Assembly (NCBI RefSeq): GCF_007748075.1
Contig: NZ_CP036280.1
Coordinates: forward strand, 1,020,001-1,052,000
Source: Mucisphaera calidilacus
GTDB taxonomy: Bacteria > Planctomycetota > Phycisphaerae > Phycisphaerales > Phycisphaeraceae
DNA length: 32,000 nt
Reading direction: 5' to 3'
The first letter of the stretch is position 1. Every line of letters starts with the position of its first letter. The translations under genes were made by a program, and so were the position numbers. This document shows, one piece after another, positions 8,391-16,019 of the stretch. Under the pieces are notes generated by a model. It made no database searches. It saw only the letters and a list, made by a program, of their open reading frames with translations, and was not told the DNA's origin.

Positions 8391-9572
8391 GTGTCAGCAG
8401 AGAAGACGATCGGTATCGGGATCATCGGGCTGGGGACGGTCGGTGGCGGCGTGGCTCAGCTGCTCCGTGATAACGCGGAACTCTACGCCCGGCGAGCGGG
8501 GCGTCGGATCGAGGTGCGGAGCGTGCTGGTTCGCAACGTCGAAAAAGCACGCGCAGCAGCACTGGTAGACCCCGAGCTGGTGACGGACGATCCGGACGTC
8601 TTTTTTGGGACCGACGGCATCCGCGTCGTGGTGGAGCTGGCGGGCGGGATCGAGCACGCCGAGCGTTTCGTGCGCAGGACGCTCGAGTCGGGCCGACACG
8701 TGGTGACGGCGAACAAGGCCCTGCTGGCGGCAAAAGGACCGGAACTGTTCGCTCTGGCTCATCGCCACGGGGTGACGATCGGCTTCGAGGCATCGTGCGC
8801 GGGCGGGATCCCGTGCATCACGGCGATCTGCTTCGGGCTGATGGCGAACCGCATCTCGGGGCTGCTGGGGATTCTCAACGGCACCTGTAATTACATGCTG
8901 ACGGAGATGAAAGAAGCCGGTAAGAGCTACGAGCAGGCACTCGCCGACGCGCAAGCCGCGGGCTACGCCGAGGCCGACCCGACCCTCGACGTCACGGGCC
9001 GCGATGCCGCGGACAAGCTGGCCATCCTCAGCTCGCTGGCCTTCGAGCGACGTGTGGCGGCCGATCAGGTCGATTCGATCGGCATCGATGCACTGGACGC
9101 GGATGACGTGACAGCCGGTCTGAGCGCGGGTTACGAGCTGAAACTGCTCGGGGTGGCTCGGGACGTTGATGGAAAGCTCTCGTTGATGGTCGAGCCATGT
9201 TACGTGCCCAAAGAGGGTGTGCTGGCCGGCGTGCGCGGACCCTTCAACGCGCTCTTTGTCGAGGGTGACGCGGTCGGTAAGGCGATGTTCTACGGGCCGG
9301 GGGCGGGGCGAGAGGCCACGGCGAGTGCCGTTGTCAGCGATCTGATCAACACCGCGAGCGGCTGGTACGCGTCGGCCATGAGTCAGATGAAGCTGACGCC
9401 GAATTTCCATGAGCCAGCGGACGTGGTTGCCTCGGGCGAACGAGTCGGAACGTTTGCCCTGCGATCGGCGGGTTCACAGGATCTGCAGCTGCTGGTGAAC
9501 GTGACGGCAGACACGGCCCGGGAACGCGCTGGAGAGGGCGGACGCGCGATCCGTGTGATCCCCGAGGCATAA
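8391..9572 (+). CDS. hom: Homoserine dehydrogenase
   Basis: IGIGIIGLGTVGGGV (Rossmann loop), VVTANKALLA, FEASCAGGIP, ILNGTCNYMLTEM and AEADPTLDVTGRDAADKLAIL. GTG start lies 6 nt after AGGAG. The C-terminal ~70 aa are only weakly ACT-like. Confidence 0.9.
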   Translation: MSAEKTIGIGIIGLGTVGGGVAQLLRDNAELYARRAGRRIEVRSVLVRNVEKARAAALVDPELVTDDPDVFFGTDGIRVVVELAGGIEHAERFVRRTLESGRHVVTANKALLAAKGPELFALAHRHGVTIGFEASCAGGIPCITAICFGLMANRISGLLGILNGTCNYMLTEMKEAGKSYEQALADAQAAGYAEADPTLDVTGRDAADKLAILSSLAFERRVAADQVDSIGIDALDADDVTAGLSAGYELKLLGVARDVDGKLSLMVEPCYVPKEGVLAGVRGPFNALFVEGDAVGKAMFYGPGAGREATASAVVSDLINTASGWYASAMSQMKLTPNFHEPADVVASGERVGTFALRSAGSQDLQLLVNVTADTARERAGEGGRAIRVIPEA

Positions 9573-9614
9573 CGCGAATCCACGCTCAGACGGGGCATCG
9601 CGGCCTGCCGTCGA

Positions 9615-10673
9615 TTACGAGCGGATGCCGGACCGTTCACGGGCGAGCAGTTCTGCCTGCTGCTTGAGGAAAAGCTCGCGTTCGAGGGTGCGTTGCCGTT
9701 CGATGGTGTCGCGATCTTCGAGACGTGGCGTCCAGTCGTAGTAGCAGAGTTCCCAGTCGAGCTTGTTGTCGCGGGCGTTGAGGATGGTGTAGCCGGGGGC
9801 GGCGCCGTTCCAGTCGCCTGACCACCATGCGCCGGAGGCGGCGGGTGTGGTGATGTACCAGACGTTGTTGTACTGGTAGACCTCGGCGCGGTGGGAGTGG
9901 CCCTGAAGAAGCGCCTTGACGCTGTGACGTTCGAGGATGTGCCGCAGCGCGACGTTGTCTTGGACCACCATGTGGTTCATGGCGCGTGCTTCGGGGTTGC
10001 CGGTCTGCTGGCCGGTATTGCAGAAGGTGGCGATGTGGGTCATGACGACCTTGGGGCGTTCACCCGCGGCGCCGAGGTCGTAGGCGAGCCAGTTGAGTTG
10101 TTCTTCGCCGATGCGCGGCTCGTAGTCGGGCCCGTGGTCGGCCTCAACGGGGTGAATGCAGTCGAGGACAGCGAAGTGCCAGCCCTTGTGGTCAAAGCTG
10201 TAATAAGGCTTTTCCCACTCGAGGATGTCCATGATGAGTTTTTTGCCGAGGTCCGGGTCGTTGGCGTCGACCTTGCGGCGGGCGTTCCATCCGAGGACGT
10301 CGTGGTTGCCCATGCAGTTGTAGTAGGGGAAAGGGAGCGTGTCGGAGGCGGCCTTGTAGAGCTTGATCTGGTCGATGAACTCGTCCTTGGGGTTGTAGAG
10401 CCCGTCGAAGGCGAGGTCACCCCCCATGAGGGCGAAGTCGGGTTGAGGGTCGAGGGCGGCGACTTCGTTCATGCAGGTCTGGTAGCCGAGATGCCCGTCA
10501 CGTCGCCTGGCAACGTGCTGATCGGTGATGTGGACGAAGGTGAAGCCGTCACCGCGAGCTCCGCGCGAACCCGCTGAACGGGTCCGTTCACTCGTGGCAG
10601 CGCAGCCGGTGAGGAGTGTGGCGGCGGAGGCGGTGGTGCCTGCGAGAAAGGTGCGTCGGGTCAGCCTGGGCAT
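9615..10673 (-). CDS. Exported (Tat signal + lipobox) calcineurin-like metallophosphoesterase
   Basis: N-terminus MPRLTRRTFLAGTTASAATLLTGCAA has a twin-arginine motif and LTGC lipobox. HITDQH, GGDLAFDG, GNHD and GHSH are metallophosphoesterase motifs. Confidence 0.8.
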   Translation of the reverse strand: MPRLTRRTFLAGTTASAATLLTGCAATSERTRSAGSRGARGDGFTFVHITDQHVARRRDGHLGYQTCMNEVAALDPQPDFALMGGDLAFDGLYNPKDEFIDQIKLYKAASDTLPFPYYNCMGNHDVLGWNARRKVDANDPDLGKKLIMDILEWEKPYYSFDHKGWHFAVLDCIHPVEADHGPDYEPRIGEEQLNWLAYDLGAAGERPKVVMTHIATFCNTGQQTGNPEARAMNHMVVQDNVALRHILERHSVKALLQGHSHRAEVYQYNNVWYITTPAASGAWWSGDWNGAAPGYTILNARDNKLDWELCYYDWTPRLEDRDTIERQRTLERELFLKQQAELLARERSGIRS

Positions 10674-10761
10674 GGTGTTCTCCTGCTACAGGAAAGCGCA
10701 GGATATCAGGGCAGGATTCGGATACCGCGCAGGGATTACCCGGGGAACGGTGCGAAAGATC

Positions 10762-11451
10762 TCAGTTGAGGTAGATGAAGGCGTCGGGATCGCCCGTGGA
10801 GCAGCGGTGTGCCTTGATGACGGTGTCACGCAGGGACTGCAGGTGATGGATCAGCCATTTCACACGCAGAGCGGGATCGGGCTGAGCGAGCAGCGCGTAG
10901 CGAGCCGCGGGCTCCTGACAGATAGTGAGCGCTGCGAGGTCAACGAGGACCGAGGTGGGCACGTCGTTGCAGAGGCAGTTGCGCACGGCCTGGACGGAGG
11001 CGAGTTCGCCTAGGTTCGGATCCTGCAGAAGTTGGTCGATGCGTTGGCGGGACGCCTCGAGATCGATCTCAAGGGGGGCGTCGGTTTCAAGGGGCTCGAG
11101 GGTCGCGATGCGATACGGCTCGTGCGGGTGTTCTTCGGTGATCGCGGCTCGTGCACGCCCCTGCAGCAGGAGGTTGTAGCGACCGTCAGGGAGTTTGGTC
11201 TCTCGGATGATGCGTCCGACGCAGACGGCGGGCTGGAGCGTCGGGTTACCCTCGTAACTCTCTTTCCACCGCGGGTCATTAAACACAGCCATCGCGATAT
11301 GGCGATCGGTCTCTAGGGCATCGGCGACCATGGCGCGGTAGCGATGCTCGAAGATGTGCAGACGTATGGTGGCGTGAGGCAGCAGCACACAGGAGGCGAG
11401 CGGAAACAGCGGGATGGGCCGTTCGAAATTAATCTGACTCTCTTCGGTCAT
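10762..11451 (-). CDS. LON substrate-binding (Lon N-terminal) domain protein
   Basis: IPLFPLASCVLLPHATIRLHIFEHRYRAMV and PDGRYNLLLQGRARA match the stand-alone Lon N-domain family. No AAA or protease domain present. Confidence 0.8.
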   Translation of the reverse strand: MTEESQINFERPIPLFPLASCVLLPHATIRLHIFEHRYRAMVADALETDRHIAMAVFNDPRWKESYEGNPTLQPAVCVGRIIRETKLPDGRYNLLLQGRARAAITEEHPHEPYRIATLEPLETDAPLEIDLEASRQRIDQLLQDPNLGELASVQAVRNCLCNDVPTSVLVDLAALTICQEPAARYALLAQPDPALRVKWLIHHLQSLRDTVIKAHRCSTGDPDAFIYLN

Positions 11452-11511
11452 GAGTGATCCTAGGCTTGCCGTGAGGCTGAAGCCTGTGTGTTGATCGGCG
11501 TCTTCGCCTGA

Positions 11512-12492
11512 TTATCCGGTACGTTTGCGGCGTGGCGAGGGTGTGACCAGTAATTCCCCTCGCTGCATGGTCACGGTGTGATTGGGGGGGACAGACTCCG
11601 TGATGAAGACCGAGCCGCCGATGGTGGCGCCGGCACCGATGACGGTAGCGCCGCCGAGGATGATGGCTCCGCCGTAGATGGTGACGTCATCCTCCACCGA
11701 GGGGTGTCGTTTGCGTCCGCGCCACGCCTGCCCGCCGCGCGTCGAGAGAGCGCCGAGGGTGACGCCCTGGTAGAGCTTCACGCGGTCGCCGATGACGCAG
11801 GTCTCGCCGATGACGATGCCGGTCCCGTGGTCGATGAAGAAGCGATCGCCGATGGTCGCGCCGGGGTGGATGTCGATGCCGGTGTAGGTGTGCGCGACCT
11901 CGCTCATGATGCGCGCGAGCAGTGGCAATTCGAGTTTGTAGATCTCGTGGGCGAGCCGGTGGACGAGGATGGCGTCGATGCCGGGATAGCAGAAAATCGC
12001 CTCGTCCATGGAGTCCGCGGCGGGGTCACCATCGAACGTTGCCGCGACGTCGAGTAACAGCTTCTCGCGGATGTCAGGCAGCCGATCAAAGAAACGCATC
12101 GTGCGCTCAACCGCGTCGTCGTGGCAGTCGTCGCAGTCGTCGCCGATGCCCTTGCCCGCCGCGTTGTTGAGCTCGTAACGGAGGTTCTGCTCGATCTGGT
12201 CAAGGGTGAGGTCGAAAAAAGGCTGCAGAAGCCGGTCCAGATGCGGGTCGATGGTCTCGGTCTTGAGACGCTGGTCGTCGAAGAAGCCGGGGAACATCAG
12301 CTTTCGCGCGTGCTCGATGATCTCCACGGTCCGGGCTCGAGAGGGCAGAAAGGTCGCGTCGATGTGCTGTCCGATAGTGTTGGACTGGTAGCTCTCAGCA
12401 AACTGCCGGCTCACGGAACGGATGAAGTCATCTTTTTGTGAAGGGTCCAAAGCGGTCCTTTCCGTGCCCGGTGCAAGTGGTGCATGGGGCAA
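11512..12492 (-). CDS. cysE: Serine O-acetyltransferase, long-form (EpsC-like)
   Basis: FCYPGIDAILVHRLAHEIY, GIDIHPGATIGDRFFIDHGTGIVIGETCVIGDRVKLYQGVTLGA and hexapeptide repeats. Start is uncertain: TTG 12492 (ORF track) or TTG 12450, which lies 5 nt after GGAAAGGA. Confidence 0.85.
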   Translation of the reverse strand: MPHAPLAPGTERTALDPSQKDDFIRSVSRQFAESYQSNTIGQHIDATFLPSRARTVEIIEHARKLMFPGFFDDQRLKTETIDPHLDRLLQPFFDLTLDQIEQNLRYELNNAAGKGIGDDCDDCHDDAVERTMRFFDRLPDIREKLLLDVAATFDGDPAADSMDEAIFCYPGIDAILVHRLAHEIYKLELPLLARIMSEVAHTYTGIDIHPGATIGDRFFIDHGTGIVIGETCVIGDRVKLYQGVTLGALSTRGGQAWRGRKRHPSVEDDVTIYGGAIILGGATVIGAGATIGGSVFITESVPPNHTVTMQRGELLVTPSPRRKRTG

Positions 12493-12498
12493 AACCGA

Positions 12499-12509
12499 TT
12501 ATAGGTGTG
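12499..12509 (+). repeat. 11-mer TTATAGGTGTG, copy 1 (cysE / GT26 divergent intergenic region)
   Basis: Exact 11-nt match to 13388-13398. It is AT-rich in a GC-rich window and lies in the intergenic region 59 nt upstream of the GT26 ATG. Confidence 0.5.
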
Positions 12510-12567
12510 CACGGTCGGATCGTCGGTCGCTTGTGTGAAGGAGCCGTCTTTGTCGGGATCTGGTGAC

Positions 12568-13347
12568 ATGGAGGTGGTGCGTGTGATGGGGCTTCCTCTG
12601 GTCCGGGCGACAGAGGCCCGGGTCGTCGCGTGGGTGGTGGATCGTGTGGTCTCGGGGCGTGGGGGATGGGTGATCACGCCGAATCTGGACATCCTGCGAC
12701 GCTGCGTCGCCGACGAGCAGACGCGCTCTCTGGTGGAGCGTGCCGATATCCGGGTGGCCGACGGGATGCCACTGGTGGCGGCGAGTCGGATCGCGGGCGA
12801 TCCGTTGCCCGAGCGTGTGGCCGGATCCAGTCTGGCCTGGACGGTGAGTGAGGCTGCAGCGCGTGAGGGTGTTCCGATCCTGCTGATCGGTGGCGCGCCG
12901 GGCGATGCGGACGCGGCTGCGGCGGTGCTTACAGACCACTATCCCGGCTTGAGGGTCGCGGGGACGGCCTGCCCGCCGATGGGTTTCGAGTCGGACGCGC
13001 ACGAGATGGCGTCGCTGGAGGCGTTGCTGCGCGGTGCGGACCGCGCGGTGATCTTCGTAGGGCTCGGTTTTCCCAAGCAGGAACAACTGATCGAGCGGCT
13101 GCGTCCTCTTTCGCCTGAGTCGTGCTGGCTGGGCGTCGGGATATCCTTCAGCTACGTCGCGGGCACGGTTCAGAGGGCTCCGGCGTGGGCACGGGGGCTG
13201 GGTGCGGAGTGGATTTACCGCCTGGTTCAGGAACCCGGGCGGCTTTGGCGGCGCTATCTGGTGGAGGGCCTGCCTTTCGGATTGCGATTGCTTGTATGGG
13301 CGATCCGGGCGAGACTGGGAGATAAGGGCGGGCCTGAGGGTCTGTGA
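12568..13347 (+). CDS. WecB/TagA/CpsF-family (GT26) glycosyltransferase
   Basis: VITPNLDILRR, VADGMPLVAASRIAG, ERVAGSSL, FVGLGFPKQEQLI, RAPAW and EWIYRLVQEPGRLWRRY are the GT26 signature blocks. ATG 12568 preferred over GTG 12505. Confidence 0.85.
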   Translation: MEVVRVMGLPLVRATEARVVAWVVDRVVSGRGGWVITPNLDILRRCVADEQTRSLVERADIRVADGMPLVAASRIAGDPLPERVAGSSLAWTVSEAAAREGVPILLIGGAPGDADAAAAVLTDHYPGLRVAGTACPPMGFESDAHEMASLEALLRGADRAVIFVGLGFPKQEQLIERLRPLSPESCWLGVGISFSYVAGTVQRAPAWARGLGAEWIYRLVQEPGRLWRRYLVEGLPFGLRLLVWAIRARLGDKGGPEGL

Positions 13348-13387
13348 CGTCTGGGGTATTTGGGGTTATTGCAGGGCAGGACTATAC

Positions 13388-13398
13388 TTATAGGTGTG
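13388..13398 (+). repeat. 11-mer TTATAGGTGTG, copy 2 (upstream edge of the exosortase operon)
   Basis: Exact 11-nt match to 12499-12509. Preceded by TATACT (13383-13388). It lies 17 nt upstream of ATG 13415 and contains the alternative GTG 13394. Confidence 0.5.
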
Positions 13399-14416
13399 GC
13401 TGCCCGATATCAGGATGGTGAATGTGAAGGCTGACGCGACAAGGGAATCGTCTGCGCCGGGACCGGGGGCTGGCGAGACGGATGCTGTTTCCGATGAGCT
13501 CTCATCGGGCGTGGTGCCGCGCGCGGTCCTGCTGCTCGCGGGCGCGACACGGCGTGTCGGCCTCGCCGATCAGTTAGCCCGCTCGCCGCTGGAGCTTCCG
13601 GTCGAGGGCGATCGCCGGGTCTTTGATCTGTGGTTGTCACGCTTAAGCGCGTTGGCCCGGGCGACGGGCGCATCACGCCTGCCGGTGCGCGTCCTCGTGA
13701 ACGACCGGGTCCCGCGGCCGGATCATCGGACGGGCCCCGCCGGCCTCGCGGTCTCGATCGAACTCGACGGGCTTGAACTGCGTGGCACGGCTGGCCTGCT
13801 GGCCGATAGCTGTGCCGATTATGACGACGACGACTGGGTGCTGATCGCCAGTGGCGGCCAGATCGTAACGCGTTCCTTGATCGAACCTTACCGCCGGTTA
13901 CAGGCGGCGGAAGGCGTTTTTCGACTGCTGCGTCACGAGGACGGTGCTCCCGGTGGCGTGGCGCTGATGCGCTGCGGCGTGCTCCGTGACGTCGCCTCTC
14001 AGGGCTACATCGATCTCAAGGAGCAGTTCCTGCCGAAGCTCGCCGAACGGGAACGCGTGGTGACGGTAGACCACCCGACGATCACCCTGCCTGTACGCAC
14101 CGTCAATGACTACATCCAGGGCCTGCAGGCGTATCACCGCGGCAAGGATCTCGACGGTGCGATCGAACCTTATGCCGAGGACTGGCGTAGTAGCTTCTCG
14201 ATCATCGAGTCGGGTGCCGATGTTGAACAAACAGCCCGCCTGCACGACTCGGTCGTGCTGAGCGGCGGACGTGTGGGAGCGAGGGCGATTCTGGTGCGAT
14301 CGGTGGTGTGCAAAAACGGGGTGGTCCACGCGGGACGCATGCAGCGTGACGCGGTGATCGGCGGGCGCCAGAGCGGCGTCTCCTCGACCGAGGGGAGGTC
14401 CCGTGCCCGTCGATAG
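13394..14416 (+). CDS. Sugar-nucleotidyltransferase-like protein with C-terminal left-handed beta-helix; glycine-rich loop degenerate
   Basis: AVLLLAGATRRVG sits where LAGGxGTRL is expected. Also RGTAGLLAD, DWVLIASGGQIV, VRTVNDYIQGLQAY and a C-terminal hexapeptide-like run (DSVVLSGGRVGARAILVRSVVCKNGVVHAG). Start is GTG 13394 or ATG 13415. Family assignment is by eye only. Confidence 0.5.
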   Translation: MWLPDIRMVNVKADATRESSAPGPGAGETDAVSDELSSGVVPRAVLLLAGATRRVGLADQLARSPLELPVEGDRRVFDLWLSRLSALARATGASRLPVRVLVNDRVPRPDHRTGPAGLAVSIELDGLELRGTAGLLADSCADYDDDDWVLIASGGQIVTRSLIEPYRRLQAAEGVFRLLRHEDGAPGGVALMRCGVLRDVASQGYIDLKEQFLPKLAERERVVTVDHPTITLPVRTVNDYIQGLQAYHRGKDLDGAIEPYAEDWRSSFSIIESGADVEQTARLHDSVVLSGGRVGARAILVRSVVCKNGVVHAGRMQRDAVIGGRQSGVSSTEGRSRARR

Positions 14417-15287
14417 CACCAACTGGACACGAAACGGATGGACCGACCTGCACCTGATGGCGGTGCTGATCATGGTCTTCTCCGCCCTGTGGGTATGCCG
14501 AGAGGCGTGGCAGGATATCTTCCTGATCGCGGCGCGCGACGAGGAGAACAGCCACATCTTCCTCGTGCCCTTCGTGATGTTCTGGCTGGTGTGGGTCCGT
14601 CGCCAGAGATTCCGGTTCTGCTATCCCACCGGGCAGTGGGTCGGCCCGCTGATCGCGGGTCTGGGTGCTTTCATGTCGTGGTACGGCTACAACCACGCCG
14701 TCCAGGCCTCGTGGCACGTCGGCGCGGTGGTGATCGCGGTTGGAGCCTTCACATCCGTGATGGGAACACAGGTGCTCTGGCGCTTCGCTCCGGCCTTCGT
14801 GACGCTGCTGTTCCTGGTCCCGGTCCCGGGGCTGATCCGACAGGAGATCGCGATACCACTCCAGCGCTGGACGGCGTTGATCACGACCGAAACGCTGACG
14901 ACCTTCGGCGTCTCGGTAAGCCAATCGGGGAGCGTCCTCGAGATCAACGGGATGCAGGTCGGTATCGCCGAGGCCTGCAACGGGATGCGCATGGTCTTTG
15001 CCCTGCTGCTGGTGTCGTTCGCCTTCGCGTTCGGGACACCGCTGCGCAACTCGGTGCGTGTCTTCATCGTGCTGCTGAGCCCCGTCTCCGCGATTCTCTG
15101 CAACGTGGTACGTCTGTCGCCGACCGTGTGGGTCTACGGGGCCCTCGGCGAGGGCGCGGGCAAGCTGGTTCATGACCTGGGCGGCTGGGTGATGATCGGC
15201 GTGGCGTTCTTCCTGCTGCTGGGGATCAAGAGCCTGCTGGAGTGGGCCTTGATCCCGGTGACCCCCTATGTGCTGGCTCGTGACTGA
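14403..15287 (+). CDS. Exosortase (EpsH/Xrt family) transpeptidase
   Basis: Polytopic membrane protein. DEENSHIFLVPFVMFWLVWVRR is the N-terminal exosortase block. Putative catalytic Cys in IAEACNGMRMV (Cys codon 14976-14978), Arg in LCNVVRL (15111-15113) and His in VHDLGGW (15171-15173). An EpsI gene follows. Start uncertain (GTG 14403 overlaps the upstream gene by 14 nt; ATG 14457 is an alternative). Confidence 0.8.
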   Translation: MPVDSTNWTRNGWTDLHLMAVLIMVFSALWVCREAWQDIFLIAARDEENSHIFLVPFVMFWLVWVRRQRFRFCYPTGQWVGPLIAGLGAFMSWYGYNHAVQASWHVGAVVIAVGAFTSVMGTQVLWRFAPAFVTLLFLVPVPGLIRQEIAIPLQRWTALITTETLTTFGVSVSQSGSVLEINGMQVGIAEACNGMRMVFALLLVSFAFAFGTPLRNSVRVFIVLLSPVSAILCNVVRLSPTVWVYGALGEGAGKLVHDLGGWVMIGVAFFLLLGIKSLLEWALIPVTPYVLARD

Positions 15288-15304
15288 TCAGGGAGTTTGT
15301 GGGT

Positions 15305-16009
15305 ATGGCAACGGTGCTTCGTGAAAGCCTGGTCTGGACGTGGTTGGCCCCGAGTCTGCTGACTCTGGTGCTGATCGGCACGTGGGACCTGATCCAGCAG
15401 GGCTACGCGAAGCCCGCGGACGCCGAGCCCTATCACGAACGCGTCGCCGAAGCCGTCAACCAGCTGCCGGCATCGTTCGACGGCTGGAAGAGCGAGACGA
15501 TCGAGGCACAGCGTGAGGCCGTTCAACTCCTCAAGCCGAACGTGATCCTCAGCCGACGCTATCACCACGAGGACCACGACGTCCCGGTCAATCTGCTGCT
15601 GGTGCACTGCAAACAGGCACGCGACATGGTCGGGCACTACCCGCCGATCTGCTACCCCAGCGGCGGCTGGACGGAGCGCGTCGAGAACCGCCGCAGGATC
15701 GTCTTCGAGATCGGTGGCTGGTCGATCCCGGTGATGGAGTATCACTTCTTCCAGTCGCTGCCGGGCAGCTCCGTGGACGTCTACGTGATCAACACACTGC
15801 TGCTGCCCGATGGCCAGATCGACCCGTCGATGGACGTGATCCGTGACCTGGAGTCCGATTTCCGCAAGCGCTTTTTCGGCAGCGGCCAGCTCCAGATCCT
15901 GATCCGCGGCGAGCCGGATCCCGGTTACCGAGAGGATCTGGCGTACCGGTTTGTGGAGTTAAGTCTGCCCGTGATCGAGACGGTGCGAGGGGGTGTGCCC
16001 CGTGAGTGA
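15305..16009 (+). CDS. Exosortase-associated EpsI-family protein
   Basis: One N-terminal TM helix, then FDGWKSETIEA...VILSRRY...LLLVHCKQARDMVGHYPPICYPSGGW, which resembles the EpsI H-x-P-x-x-C-x-x-x-x-G-W block. Lies immediately downstream of the exosortase. ATG 15305 is 9 nt after GGGAG. Confidence 0.7.
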   Translation: MATVLRESLVWTWLAPSLLTLVLIGTWDLIQQGYAKPADAEPYHERVAEAVNQLPASFDGWKSETIEAQREAVQLLKPNVILSRRYHHEDHDVPVNLLLVHCKQARDMVGHYPPICYPSGGWTERVENRRRIVFEIGGWSIPVMEYHFFQSLPGSSVDVYVINTLLLPDGQIDPSMDVIRDLESDFRKRFFGSGQLQILIRGEPDPGYREDLAYRFVELSLPVIETVRGGVPRE

Positions 16010-16019
16010 GGAGAAAGTC

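Noticed and set aside
8391-9572. Homoserine dehydrogenase seems to lack a well-formed C-terminal ACT domain (only about 70 weakly ACT-like residues after the catalytic domain).
   Set aside because: Short or ACT-less Hom proteins are common. I cannot judge ACT integrity reliably without an HMM alignment.
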